From Octopus bimaculoides (taxonomy: Eukaryota), in assembly GCF_001194135.2 (NCBI RefSeq), contig NC_068982.1, positions 6,189,746 to 6,223,733 on the forward strand: a stretch of 33,988 bases of DNA, written 5' to 3'. The stretch's first letter is position 1, and each line of letters starts with the position of its first letter. The position numbers and the translations under genes were made by a program. This document shows positions 32,789-33,988 of the stretch, piece by piece. Below the pieces are notes generated by a model. It was not told the origin of the DNA and ran no database searches. It saw nothing but the letters and a program-made list of their open reading frames with translations.

Positions 32789-33836
32789 GTTTATTGATTG
32801 ACGTTAATTCCTACATATTCGGTGATATTTCATTTGTTACCTCAAATACTTATTGGAGAGAAAGAGTTCTGCATATGCAATGATATTTTAAATACAACTT
32901 TGGATTTATTCCACTTTATGGTGATGGGGTTCATATTTTCCCAACCGAACAACAACAACAACAATAATAAAACATTATAAACACAACCGGTACTTTCTAT
33001 TCACCATTGTGTGAAAACATCGAGAGCTTGTAAAAATATTAACTTAATATTTACATTTATTTGAATCCATAACTATAATCTTTCAAATATATTTAGAATG
33101 TTTACTTAGGGTTATATAAGAAATACACTGTCTTATATGTTATATTTGGAAGAATATACATAAAAAAAAACCTATTTTTGTTTTCCTTCATTTCCATCGG
33201 ATAACTCTTTCGACTTTTACTGAACCATCACATAGTTAAAATCTTCCGTTGCTACATATTTCAACAGTACAGGACACACTTTCAACATGAGGTCAAATAT
33301 CGTCAACACATTTGTTTTTCTTCTGACGGCTAAAGAACTTTGCCAGTGTTAAGCACGCATTAATCATTTGCACTGATACATATATTATTGATCTCAGCAC
33401 GAATGAAAAGCAAAGTCGATTCCTGTAGATGCTGAAGACATTATAGAAACGTACCACATTAGATGCAAAATAATATCTAGTCTGGAAATCTACTGTTCTC
33501 ATTCATCTTCAGACTATTTAAGAGAATATAATTTACAAATAGACAAAAAGCAAAGCGTATAAATAAAACAATAGTCAACGGCCGTTGGTTATACCAGCCA
33601 TGTATCAAGGGATTTGCACTCAGTATGAGCATTTACATTTATGAAGAATCTAACGGGACCCTTAATGAACAGCTTTGCCAGCACAGAAGCTTTTCCTTTT
33701 ATACAGTGTCTAGTCAACCCTGATGTAATCCATTCTCTCTGCAATTTACAAATTATAAATGAATCTGCCAAAAATTGAAACTGCATAGCCGTTAACCCAC
33801 TGAGCTTATATACATACTTACACACACACACGCACG

Positions 33837-33881
<45 letters not shown>

Positions 33882-33988
33882 GTACTTACATATAAGAGAC
33901 CAAAGTGCATGTACGCTGCCATACGTATATAAAAAAGGAATATAAAAAACGGGACAAGAATGCAAAACATCCAGACAGTTAGATGATA

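Noticed and set aside
33432-33453. CUGAAGA..GAAACGUA hammerhead core words
   Set aside because: The intervening CAUUAUA forms no stem II and stem I does not pair.
33589-33760. Minus-strand open frame REWITSGLTRHCIKGK.. after ttgcag
   Set aside because: No family resemblance; short open frames of this size are expected by chance.

Overview
AT-rich, microsatellite-dense eukaryotic non-coding DNA with ten N-gaps. Repeat content and style suggest a cephalopod, probably Octopus; this is an inference from pattern recognition, not a search. I found no host exon I can support, and almost all long ORFs in the track are microsatellite or gap artefacts or transposon relics. The window holds several tRNA-derived SINE families (my working labels A-D, some with a CORE domain) and decayed fragments of RLE-type (R4/Dong-like), RTE, Tx1/L1 and CR1/Jockey-like LINEs. 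It also holds a mariner transposase fragment, a Tigger-like end and two Penelope GIY-YIG endonuclease remnants. The most notable signal is a set of short elements carrying minimal type-I hammerhead ribozyme motifs. One is a SINE-like element with a tRNA-type Pol III promoter and a hammerhead, inserted as a near-complete fold-back palindrome inside one perfect 12-bp target-site duplication (3215-3801). The same 5'-to-5' fold-back geometry occurs in a second hammerhead element (7591-7920) and in a GIY-YIG Penelope remnant (23063-23450). Together these suggest Penelope-mobilised ribozyme SINEs.
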